From Candidatus Poribacteria bacterium (lineage in GTDB: Bacteria; Poribacteria; DTPJ01): DNA of 24,467 bases. The DNA is taken from the NCBI GenBank assembly GCA_011334435.1, contig DTPJ01000363.1:1-24467 (forward strand). The letters are read 5' to 3'. Positions 16,895 through 24,467 of the stretch are shown piece by piece. The notes under the pieces are model-generated. The model was not told where the DNA came from. It saw only the letters and a program-made list of their open reading frames with translations, and did no database searches. A program made the translations under genes and the position numbers. Positions within the stretch are counted from its first letter, which is position 1. Each line of letters begins with the position of its first letter.

Positions 16895-19060
16895 ATGAAT
16901 ATACTTGATGGATTAAATGAAGTTCAGAAAAAAGCTGTCACTCACGGCGACGGACCTCTATTAATTCTTGCAGGAGCAGGAAGCGGAAAGACAAGAGTGC
17001 TTACACACCGTATAGCATATCTTATCCGAGAAAGAGGCATATCGCCGATGAATATATTAGCAGTGACATTCACAAACAAAGCGGCGGAGGAGATGAAAAA
17101 TCGCCTCAAAAACCTGATAGGTCCTATACAAAGCGGGCTACTATGGGTCAGCACTTTTCATTCCGCTTGTGTGCGATTTCTAAGAGGAGATATAGACAAA
17201 CTCGGACTAAAATATACACGGAATTTTACAATCTATGATCAAACTGATCAACTGCTTCTGATAAAACAGTGCCTAAAAGAAATGCAGATTGACGAAAAAC
17301 GCACTCCACCAGGGGCAATTTTGAATACTATAAGTAACGCAAAGAACAATCTTATAGATTTTTCTGAATATGAAAAAAAAGCTGGCAATTTCTTTGAAGA
17401 TCAAGTAGCAAAAGTATATAGGATTTATCAGTTACACTTGCGAGAAAATAACGCTCTTGATTTTGACGATCTTTTGATGTTGACCGTTCAGCTTTTTGAG
17501 GAATGCCCAGAAGTCCTTGAACTTTATCAGAACAAGTTTAATCATATACTCATAGATGAATATCAGGACACAAACCACGCTCAATATAGGATAGCTAAAC
17601 TTCTTGCCAGTAAACATAGAAATATATGTGTGGTAGGGGACGACGATCAGTCAATATATACATGGAGAGGGGCAGATATTCGCAATATCCTTGATTTTGA
17701 GAGAGATTACAAAGATGCAGTTGTCTATCGCTTAGAACAAAATTACAGGTCAACAAAAAATATATTAAACGCAGCGCATAGCGTAGTTGTCAATAATATA
17801 ATGCGAAAAGACAAAAAACTATGGACAGAAAACGAAGAAGGGAGAAAATTAATCTGCTACGAAGCCATAGACGAGAAAGGCGAGGCGGAATTTATATCAG
17901 ATATAATATCCAAGTTATGCACAGAAGGCTATGATTATAGCGATTTTGCATTATTATATAGAATGAATGCTCAATCCCGTGTCCTTGAAAACGCCTTGCG
18001 AATTGCCCGTATCCCTTATACTGTTGTCGGCGGATTGCGATTCTATGAACGTATGGAAATAAAGGATATTATCGCATACCTGCGTCTGCTTTTGAACAGG
18101 AACGACACAATAAGCCTTCAACGGATAATAAACGTCCCTGCCAGAAATATTGGAAAAGTAACTTTGGACAAGCTGAAAGAATTCGCTTATGAGCAAGGCT
18201 TTTCGCTTTATGATGCGATGATGAACGTTGATCAAGTGCCAAATATACAAAGTCGCACCCGTGAATCTATATCAAAATTCGTCCAAATTATAGAGAGCAT
18301 TGATCCAACTCAGAAGCCAACGCTTGTTATACAAGATGTCCTTGAAAAAACAGGTTACATAAAAGCTTTGGAGGAGGAAAACTCCATTGAGGCACAAAGC
18401 AGGATAGAAAATGCCAAAGAATTGCTTTCAGAGGCAAAAGAATTTGAGCAAAGGCAAGATGATCCAGAATCAGTCACATTGGCACATTTTCTTGAAGGGA
18501 TAACACTTAAAAGCGATATAGATAATTGGAATAATCAAGAAAAGAAGGTCTCATTGATGACACTTCACAGTGCCAAAGGATTGGAGTTTAGAGTTATATT
18601 TTTGACAGGTATGGATGAGGGCATATTTCCATCGTGGCGATCTCTTGAAAACGATAAAGAAATGGAAGAGGAACGTAGGCTTTGTTATGTCGGCATTACT
18701 CGTGCAAAAGAAAGGCTATATCTCACTTCTGCTTCTCAGAGGTTATTGTTTGGCAATACATCATTCTTTGAACCTTCGCGCTTCCTTGATGAGATCCCAT
18801 CTCATTTGAAAGAACAATATAACGATACCATAGCAATAAAGTCACCTGAGCGACAAGTTGTTTCACAAAGTCAGCAAACTATCATTAACAATGATAAATT
18901 TGATTTTAAGATCGGTCAGAAAGTCCGTCATAAAACTTGGGGTAAGGGCATTATAAAAGAGGTTGTCGGCAAAGGCACAAATATGATGGTAACAGTTAAT
19001 TTTGATATAGGCGTAAAAAAGACGCTTATGGTTGAATATGCTAATCTTGAAAGATTATGA
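16895..19060 (+). CDS. pcrA: ATP-dependent DNA helicase PcrA/UvrD (alternative start at 16886)
   Basis: LILAGAGSGKT, VTFTNKAA, STFHS, IDEYQD, VVGDDDQSIY, LEQNYRS, TLHSAKGLEF, EERRLCYVGITRA; C-terminal Tudor-like GQKVRHKTWGKG. Confidence 0.95.
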   Translation: MNILDGLNEVQKKAVTHGDGPLLILAGAGSGKTRVLTHRIAYLIRERGISPMNILAVTFTNKAAEEMKNRLKNLIGPIQSGLLWVSTFHSACVRFLRGDIDKLGLKYTRNFTIYDQTDQLLLIKQCLKEMQIDEKRTPPGAILNTISNAKNNLIDFSEYEKKAGNFFEDQVAKVYRIYQLHLRENNALDFDDLLMLTVQLFEECPEVLELYQNKFNHILIDEYQDTNHAQYRIAKLLASKHRNICVVGDDDQSIYTWRGADIRNILDFERDYKDAVVYRLEQNYRSTKNILNAAHSVVVNNIMRKDKKLWTENEEGRKLICYEAIDEKGEAEFISDIISKLCTEGYDYSDFALLYRMNAQSRVLENALRIARIPYTVVGGLRFYERMEIKDIIAYLRLLLNRNDTISLQRIINVPARNIGKVTLDKLKEFAYEQGFSLYDAMMNVDQVPNIQSRTRESISKFVQIIESIDPTQKPTLVIQDVLEKTGYIKALEEENSIEAQSRIENAKELLSEAKEFEQRQDDPESVTLAHFLEGITLKSDIDNWNNQEKKVSLMTLHSAKGLEFRVIFLTGMDEGIFPSWRSLENDKEMEEERRLCYVGITRAKERLYLTSASQRLLFGNTSFFEPSRFLDEIPSHLKEQYNDTIAIKSPERQVVSQSQQTIINNDKFDFKIGQKVRHKTWGKGIIKEVVGKGTNMMVTVNFDIGVKKTLMVEYANLERL

Positions 19061-19076
19061 AATTTAGGAGGAATTT

Positions 19077-19367
19077 ATGGAAAAGATAACAATAGAGCAG
19101 GTTGAGCATGTGGCTAACCTTGCCAGACTAAGATTCAACGAAGAGGAAAAACAAAGGCTTGCTATTCAACTTGAAGCAATACTTGAATATATAGAAAAGC
19201 TAAATGAGTTAGATACTGACGATGTTCCGCCGACGTCGCATGTTATACCAGTAAAAAACGTCGTCAGAGAGGACGTAGTCAAGCCATCGCTTAGCCGAGA
19301 GGAGGCATTAGCAAACGCCCCAAGTCCCGTAGATGGGCTTTTTGAAGTCCCGAAAATAATAGAATAA
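19077..19367 (+). CDS. gatC: Asp/Glu-tRNA(Asn/Gln) amidotransferase subunit C
   Basis: ITIEQVEHVANLARL...ILEYIEKLNELDT..VPPTSH...NVVRED...ALANAP....FEVPKI. RBS AGGAGG. Confidence 0.95.
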   Translation: MEKITIEQVEHVANLARLRFNEEEKQRLAIQLEAILEYIEKLNELDTDDVPPTSHVIPVKNVVREDVVKPSLSREEALANAPSPVDGLFEVPKIIE

Positions 19368-19382
19368 CTGAAAGGCGAAAGT

Positions 19383-21296
19383 ATGTTCAACCTACGGAAA
19401 TATGACCTTACACCGACAACATTGATATTTCTTGTGATACTTTTTGCTTTCTTTATTGTATTTCTCATTTATCCTATCGTCTATGTTTTCTCGCAGGCTT
19501 TTTATCTAAGCGAAGTGCGTCTTTTTAGCATAGACGAGAGGTTCAAAGACGAATTAGACAATAGTATATTCTCCGAAAGCCTTGCCTTAGAATTCTCCAA
19601 TAACGGACATGAAACTTCGCAGAATATTACGATCCTGCCAATAAAAGAGGGCAAATGGGAAATATACGATGAAGGCGGAAATTATGTCATCAAACAGGAG
19701 GAAGGCAAGCTAAACGTATATACAAAAGGCAAGTTTTCGCTTGGCTTTTTCAAGTTAATGGTGACCAATCCGCTTCAACGTGAGAGCATAATAAACAGTA
19801 TGGTCCTCGGCTTTGTCGTTACATTAGCAACTACGATATTGTCATTGCCATTAGCCTATTGCCTTGTTAGATATAACTTCCCTGGAAGGTCGTTGTTTCA
19901 AGGCTTGATCCTTGTGCCGATGGTTATGCCTCCGTTTGTCGGTGCAATAGGTATGAGACAGCTTTTTAGCAGAATGGGCAGTGTCAACCTTATATTGATG
20001 AAACTCGGGATAATAGAGCCTCAAAACGCTATTGATTGGCTTGGAACTGGATTCTGGGGAGTAGTTATTCTTGAAGTGCTTCACCTTTACCCTATAATGT
20101 ATCTTAACATTGCTGCTGCGATGGCTAATGTTGATCCGAGTTTAGAAGAAGCAGCTGAAAGTATGGGTGCTGGAAGACTGAGATTACTTAGGACGATAAC
20201 TCTACCGCTTATGGTCCCAGGATATTTTGCTGGTGCTTCTGTCGTTTTTATATGGGCTTTTACCGATCTTGGCACGCCGTTGATATTTGAATATCGTAAA
20301 GTTATACCTATTCAGATATTCAATATGGTCGCAGATATTAGAGCTAATCCTATGGGGTTTTCGCTTGTAGTCGTAGTCATATTGTTATCTTTGGGGTTTT
20401 TCTACTTGTCTAAAAAATTTATGGGAACTAAACGTTATGAGATGATGTCAAGAGGACATGTAGATATACGAGAACGAAAAGCTGGAAAAATCGGCACGAT
20501 TATAATATATATATTTATCTTGTCAGTGATATTTGTAGCGGTTTTGCCACATATAAGCGTTGTTTTGCTTTCAATAACTCAAAAATGGTCTGGAACAATA
20601 CTTCCCGAAGTCTATACATTAGATCATTTCAGGGAGATTTCCTCGCATGAATTGACACTGCCGAGCATAAAAAACAGCTTAATATACAGCACTATAAGCA
20701 CTTTTCTTGATCTATTGGTGGGCATATTGATCGCTTATATTCTCGCAAGAAGGAAAGTCCCTGGTAAAGATGCTCTGGACCTTTTATCAATGTTGCCATT
20801 GGCATTGCCCGGCTTAATATTAGCATTCGGATATGTGGCGTGTTTCTCTGGAAGTTTTATTGACCCAAGAGATAACCCAACGGTTTTATTGGTTGTGATA
20901 TATGCTGTCCGAAGACTACCTTATATGGTCCGATCTGCCTATGCAGGATTTCAACAGACAAGTATAGCTTTGGAAGAATCATCTATGAGCCTTGGCGCTT
21001 CTCCATTCAAGACTATACAGAAGATCACATTTCCGCTTATTATAGCTAACCTTGTCGCTGGCGGAATTTTGTCCTTTGCGTTTGCGATGCTTGAAGTTAG
21101 CAGTAGCCTTATACTTGCTATGAAGAAAGAATTTTTCCCGATAACCAAAGCGATATATTATGTATTCGGCAGGGTTGGTGACGGACCATACATCGCAAGT
21201 GCTATGGGCATATTAGGCATGGTTCTTTTGATAATAAGCCTTGTGCTTGCAGGGAGATTTCTTGGAAAACGTATGGGGGAATTGTTCAGAGCTTAA
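19383..21296 (+). CDS. Fe3+/thiamine-type ABC transporter permease (FbpB-like, fused double permease) with an inserted N-terminal loop domain
   Basis: Two EAA motifs (LEEAAESMGA, LEESSMSLGA), PMVMPPFVGA, PLALPGLIL; about 12 TM segments. Confidence 0.9.
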   Translation: MFNLRKYDLTPTTLIFLVILFAFFIVFLIYPIVYVFSQAFYLSEVRLFSIDERFKDELDNSIFSESLALEFSNNGHETSQNITILPIKEGKWEIYDEGGNYVIKQEEGKLNVYTKGKFSLGFFKLMVTNPLQRESIINSMVLGFVVTLATTILSLPLAYCLVRYNFPGRSLFQGLILVPMVMPPFVGAIGMRQLFSRMGSVNLILMKLGIIEPQNAIDWLGTGFWGVVILEVLHLYPIMYLNIAAAMANVDPSLEEAAESMGAGRLRLLRTITLPLMVPGYFAGASVVFIWAFTDLGTPLIFEYRKVIPIQIFNMVADIRANPMGFSLVVVVILLSLGFFYLSKKFMGTKRYEMMSRGHVDIRERKAGKIGTIIIYIFILSVIFVAVLPHISVVLLSITQKWSGTILPEVYTLDHFREISSHELTLPSIKNSLIYSTISTFLDLLVGILIAYILARRKVPGKDALDLLSMLPLALPGLILAFGYVACFSGSFIDPRDNPTVLLVVIYAVRRLPYMVRSAYAGFQQTSIALEESSMSLGASPFKTIQKITFPLIIANLVAGGILSFAFAMLEVSSSLILAMKKEFFPITKAIYYVFGRVGDGPYIASAMGILGMVLLIISLVLAGRFLGKRMGELFRA

Positions 21297-21312
21297 CATA
21301 CAGGAGGCTAAT

Positions 21313-22695
21313 ATGCGACAACCTTTGATTAACGAGACAAGATATGAACACTTTGACGTAGCAGTTGTTGGCGGTGGAATGGCAGGGATCGCCTCTGCTA
21401 TCGCTTCTGCAAGGACAGGGGCAAAGACCGTGCTTATAGAAAAAGCTGGATGGCTTGGCGGAATGGGCATAACAGGTGCAACTGGCTTACATAGCTTTTT
21501 TAATATATTTGACGCACATCCGGGAGCTGAACGCACAAGGGTTGTCGCAGGCATCGCACAAGAGCTTGTTGACATAGCAACTCAACTCGGCGGAGCAATG
21601 GGACATATCCGTATGGAGCGCGGCGGAGATTTTATCAGTATGTTTACGCCTGTTGAGCCAGAGGTTTTTAAATATGTCTCTGCTAAATTATGCCTTGATG
21701 CAGGCGTTAAAATTCTTTTTCATACTGTTCTTGATGAAGTATGGTCAAGTGATGGACACGTGGACGGAATAGTTGTATGGAACAAGGCGGGACGAAGCCT
21801 TATAAAAGCTAAAATATACGTTGATTGCACTGGCGATGGTGATTTATCTGCTTATGCTGGTGCAAAATTTGAGCACTTCAAGGCTGGTGAACATGGGGCA
21901 TACTCCGCAGGTTTCACTTTCAGGCTTTGTAATGTTGATCTTGACACTATGGAAGCTGATCTTGAAAAGAAAGGCATGATCACGCAGATTGCACATGCAA
22001 TAAAGCCCGGAATGCATCGTCCTGATGTTGTCAGATTAGGAATTAATATGGGAAAGCTAAGAGAAGCAGGCGTTAAAGATGCCCCAGGATATTTCTTGTC
22101 ATCTTCGTTAAAACCAAGAGAGATAACCTATTGTAATTGCATTAATTATGGTCCCAATGATGGCTTGGATGTTGACGCTTTATCGTCTGCGGAGACGGAT
22201 TTACGGGGCAAAATGCTCAAAGTGGCTGAAATATTCCGTGAACATATCAAAGGTTGCGAGAACTGCTATCCTGCTGGTCCTGCACCTTCTGTTGGGCAAA
22301 GACGTAGCAGGGCGATCCGTTGTGAATATGAACTTACACAAGAGGACTGCACAGAAGGAAGGCAATTTGACGATCAGGTCGGTTGTTTTTCGTTTATAGA
22401 CAATAGCAAATACTTTGTCAAAGACGCTGGAGCTTATGGAATACCATATAGGGCTTTGATACCAAAAGGCTTGGATAATGTTTTAATCGCTGGAAGGATG
22501 ATGACAGTTGATCTTGTCGCACATAATAGCACTAGGAATACTGTCTGTTGCTTAGTATGTGGTCAATCCGCAGGCACATCAGCAGGTCTGTCTGCAATAA
22601 AAGGAATAAGTCCTATTAATCTTGATGTTAATGAATTACAAGAAAAGTTATTGAACGATGGCGTTCTCCTCAAACCTAAATCAGACCCTTTATAA
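21313..22695 (+). CDS. FAD-dependent oxidoreductase (PF12831-like); the track start at 21241 is probably too long
   Basis: DVAVVGGGMAG...AARTGAKTVLIE, GWLGG, VDCTGDGDL, YGIPYRALIPK..DNVLIAGR. ATG at 21313 with AGGAGG RBS. Confidence 0.88.
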   Translation: MRQPLINETRYEHFDVAVVGGGMAGIASAIASARTGAKTVLIEKAGWLGGMGITGATGLHSFFNIFDAHPGAERTRVVAGIAQELVDIATQLGGAMGHIRMERGGDFISMFTPVEPEVFKYVSAKLCLDAGVKILFHTVLDEVWSSDGHVDGIVVWNKAGRSLIKAKIYVDCTGDGDLSAYAGAKFEHFKAGEHGAYSAGFTFRLCNVDLDTMEADLEKKGMITQIAHAIKPGMHRPDVVRLGINMGKLREAGVKDAPGYFLSSSLKPREITYCNCINYGPNDGLDVDALSSAETDLRGKMLKVAEIFREHIKGCENCYPAGPAPSVGQRRSRAIRCEYELTQEDCTEGRQFDDQVGCFSFIDNSKYFVKDAGAYGIPYRALIPKGLDNVLIAGRMMTVDLVAHNSTRNTVCCLVCGQSAGTSAGLSAIKGISPINLDVNELQEKLLNDGVLLKPKSDPL

Positions 22696-22709
22696 GAAAG
22701 AGGTTTTAA

Positions 22710-23306
22710 GTGGATCTAAATAAAAAAGCCCTATTATTGTCATATTTTACGGTTTTTTACAACATAGTTGAAGGTGTAGTCTCAATTATCGCTGGAATAT
22801 TAGCTAACAGAAGTATTGCCTTAATTGGATTTGGATTAGATAGTTTCATAGAATCGCTATCAGGTGGAATAATGATTTGGCGGTTCAGTAAACGTGGAAG
22901 AAAAGACGAAGAAAAATCCGAAAAAATGGCAACTAGATTGGTTGGAATTACTTTTTTTGTTCTTGGCATTTATGTATTATATGAATCTACTAAAAAACTA
23001 TGGCTAAGTGAAATACCAGACCCAAGCCTTTTCGGTATAATCATTGCGGTAATATCAGTTATCATTATGCCGATATTATTCTTAGCTAAATTCAGGACAG
23101 GTAAAGCCTTGAAAAGTGTCAGCCTTATAGCTGATTCAAAAGAAACGCTTGCATGTGTATTTCTGTCAATATCTTTATTGATCGGATTAGGGCTTAATTA
23201 TCTTTTTGGTCTATGGCAAGCTGATCCAGTTGTAGGGCTTATAGTAGTAGTTTTTTTGATTAAAGAAGGATTTGAAACGATAAAAGGTGAACATGAAGAG
23301 GTATAA
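22710..23306 (+). CDS. Cation diffusion facilitator-like transporter, TM domain only
   Basis: YNIVEGVVS, SIALIGFGLDSFIE, LIADSKETLAC, WQADP; six hydrophobic segments. GTG start with AGAGG RBS. Confidence 0.8.
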   Translation: MDLNKKALLLSYFTVFYNIVEGVVSIIAGILANRSIALIGFGLDSFIESLSGGIMIWRFSKRGRKDEEKSEKMATRLVGITFFVLGIYVLYESTKKLWLSEIPDPSLFGIIIAVISVIIMPILFLAKFRTGKALKSVSLIADSKETLACVFLSISLLIGLGLNYLFGLWQADPVVGLIVVVFLIKEGFETIKGEHEEV

Positions 23307-24426
23307 GGTAAAACTCTGTGGAACGACAAGTATTGAATCCGCTAAAATGGCAATAGATGCTAATGCAGATTATATCGGTGTACTTGTGAACGTCGGCATG
23401 TCGGAACGTTCGCTAAATGTTGATCAGGCAAAGGCGATTGTTGAGTTTTCTAAAATTCCAGTTATGACGCTTTTATATAATATGAGCGTTGACGAAATAT
23501 GTCATATCTACGATAAGATAAAACCTTATGGCGTCCATCTGCTTGGGAACACTCCTATTGAGAACATCGGTAAATTAAAAAATAAATTGGATTGTCAGAT
23601 ATGGCTTACTGTATATCTTCCTGCCGAAGATCAGGGCGAAGTTGACATTGAGCAGATGAAGGAATTGATAAAAAGCTATGAATCAGCAGGGGCAGACGCA
23701 ATAGTCATAGATACCGTAAGTAAAGGGCGTTACGGTGGGACAGGCAAAACTGCTAATTGGGATATAGCGAAGGATTTGGTGATGTCTGTTTGTGTCCCTG
23801 TCTTTTTGGCTGGTGGTATTAATCCTGAAAATGTCCGAGAGGCGATCCTCAAAGTTGACCCTTATGGCGTTGATTTAGCATCAGGGGTGGAGATAGAAAA
23901 AGGCAAACGAGACCCCGAAAAAGTAAAAAAGCTAATGGCAGAGATCAGAAAAGTTGAATATGAAGTAAATCATACTCTTGTTATTATGTCTGAAAGCTAT
24001 GAGGAGACAAGAAACATCGGCAAAGTCATCGGAAAGATGGCTTTTGCTGGCTCAGTGATCGCACTTTGTGGGGAACTTGGCTCTGGAAAAACTACGCTTA
24101 CACAAGGAATAGCAGAAGGACTTGATGTCCATTCTTTCGTCACTAGCCCAACTTTTGTAATCGTAAATCAATATAAGGGAAGGCTTCCGTTATATCATAT
24201 AGATACTTATCGCCTTAGATCGTTAGATGATATGTATGAACTCGGGTATGAGGAATTCTTTTATGGTGATGGTGTTACCGCTATTGAATGGGCGCAGAAG
24301 GTTGAACCACTCTTGCCAGAGGAATATTTACGGGTAGAATTAGAATATGTCAGCGAATCTGAAAGAAAAATAACAATAAAGCCTTATGGACAAAGATATG
24401 TTGATATTGTAAATCAAATAAAGTAA
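23293..24426 (+). CDS. trpF-tsaE: Fusion of phosphoribosylanthranilate isomerase (TrpF) and t6A biosynthesis ATPase TsaE; alternative start GTG at 23287
   Basis: N-terminal half: VKLCG, IVIDT, YGGTGKTANW, FLAGGINPENV, YGVDLASGVE. C-terminal half: LCGELGSGKT, VTSPTF, YHIDTYRL, AIEWA. One uninterrupted frame. Confidence 0.9.
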   Translation: MKRYKVKLCGTTSIESAKMAIDANADYIGVLVNVGMSERSLNVDQAKAIVEFSKIPVMTLLYNMSVDEICHIYDKIKPYGVHLLGNTPIENIGKLKNKLDCQIWLTVYLPAEDQGEVDIEQMKELIKSYESAGADAIVIDTVSKGRYGGTGKTANWDIAKDLVMSVCVPVFLAGGINPENVREAILKVDPYGVDLASGVEIEKGKRDPEKVKKLMAEIRKVEYEVNHTLVIMSESYEETRNIGKVIGKMAFAGSVIALCGELGSGKTTLTQGIAEGLDVHSFVTSPTFVIVNQYKGRLPLYHIDTYRLRSLDDMYELGYEEFFYGDGVTAIEWAQKVEPLLPEEYLRVELEYVSESERKITIKPYGQRYVDIVNQIK

Positions 24427-24467
24427 AGATTGATTGAGTTAGATATTTAATCTATAAAATCCCTCTA

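Noticed and set aside
7391-22969. Numerous 60-143 aa ORFs in the track nested in or antisense to long genes
   Set aside because: All overlap well-supported CDSs and show no motifs or ribosome-binding sites.
24430-24460. Possible promoter at the right edge (TTGATT...TATAAA/TAAAAT)
   Set aside because: The -10 match or spacing is imperfect and the downstream gene is not visible.
1-24467. CRISPR array, tRNA/rRNA, riboswitch or IS element
   Set aside because: No regularly spaced repeats, cloverleaf motifs or transposase ORFs were seen, and intergenic gaps are short. An Infernal/Rfam scan would be needed to fully exclude small RNAs.

Overview
AT-rich bacterial chromosomal window, gene-dense and mostly on the + strand. 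I found no rRNA, tRNA, CRISPR array or transposase. From left to right it contains: the 5' part of a secreted protein with at least 4 tandem polysaccharide-export (Wza D1-type) domains (minus strand, runs off the left edge, missed by the ORF track); a flavin reductase / PflX-like radical SAM / Mut7-C RNase run; a very AT-rich three-gene cassette with its own strong promoter (TIGR04255-like protein, unknown protein, HEPN protein), the best candidate for an undescribed toxin-antitoxin or defence system; a sulfatase; a minus-strand GH78 alpha-L-rhamnosidase plus SGNH esterase pair, divergent from a GT2 glycosyltransferase and an IlvD/Edd-family dehydratase; a pentapeptide-repeat/K+-channel fusion; rhamnulokinase; a truncated PIN toxin with an intact small partner; pcrA; an orphan gatC; an Fe3+-type ABC permease carrying an inserted ~67-aa domain; an FAD oxidoreductase; a minimal CDF transporter; and an in-frame TrpF-TsaE fusion. 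The sulfatase/rhamnose enzyme content and the permease insert tentatively suggest a Poribacteria-like organism (inference only). All family calls come from motif recognition by eye; no database searches were run.
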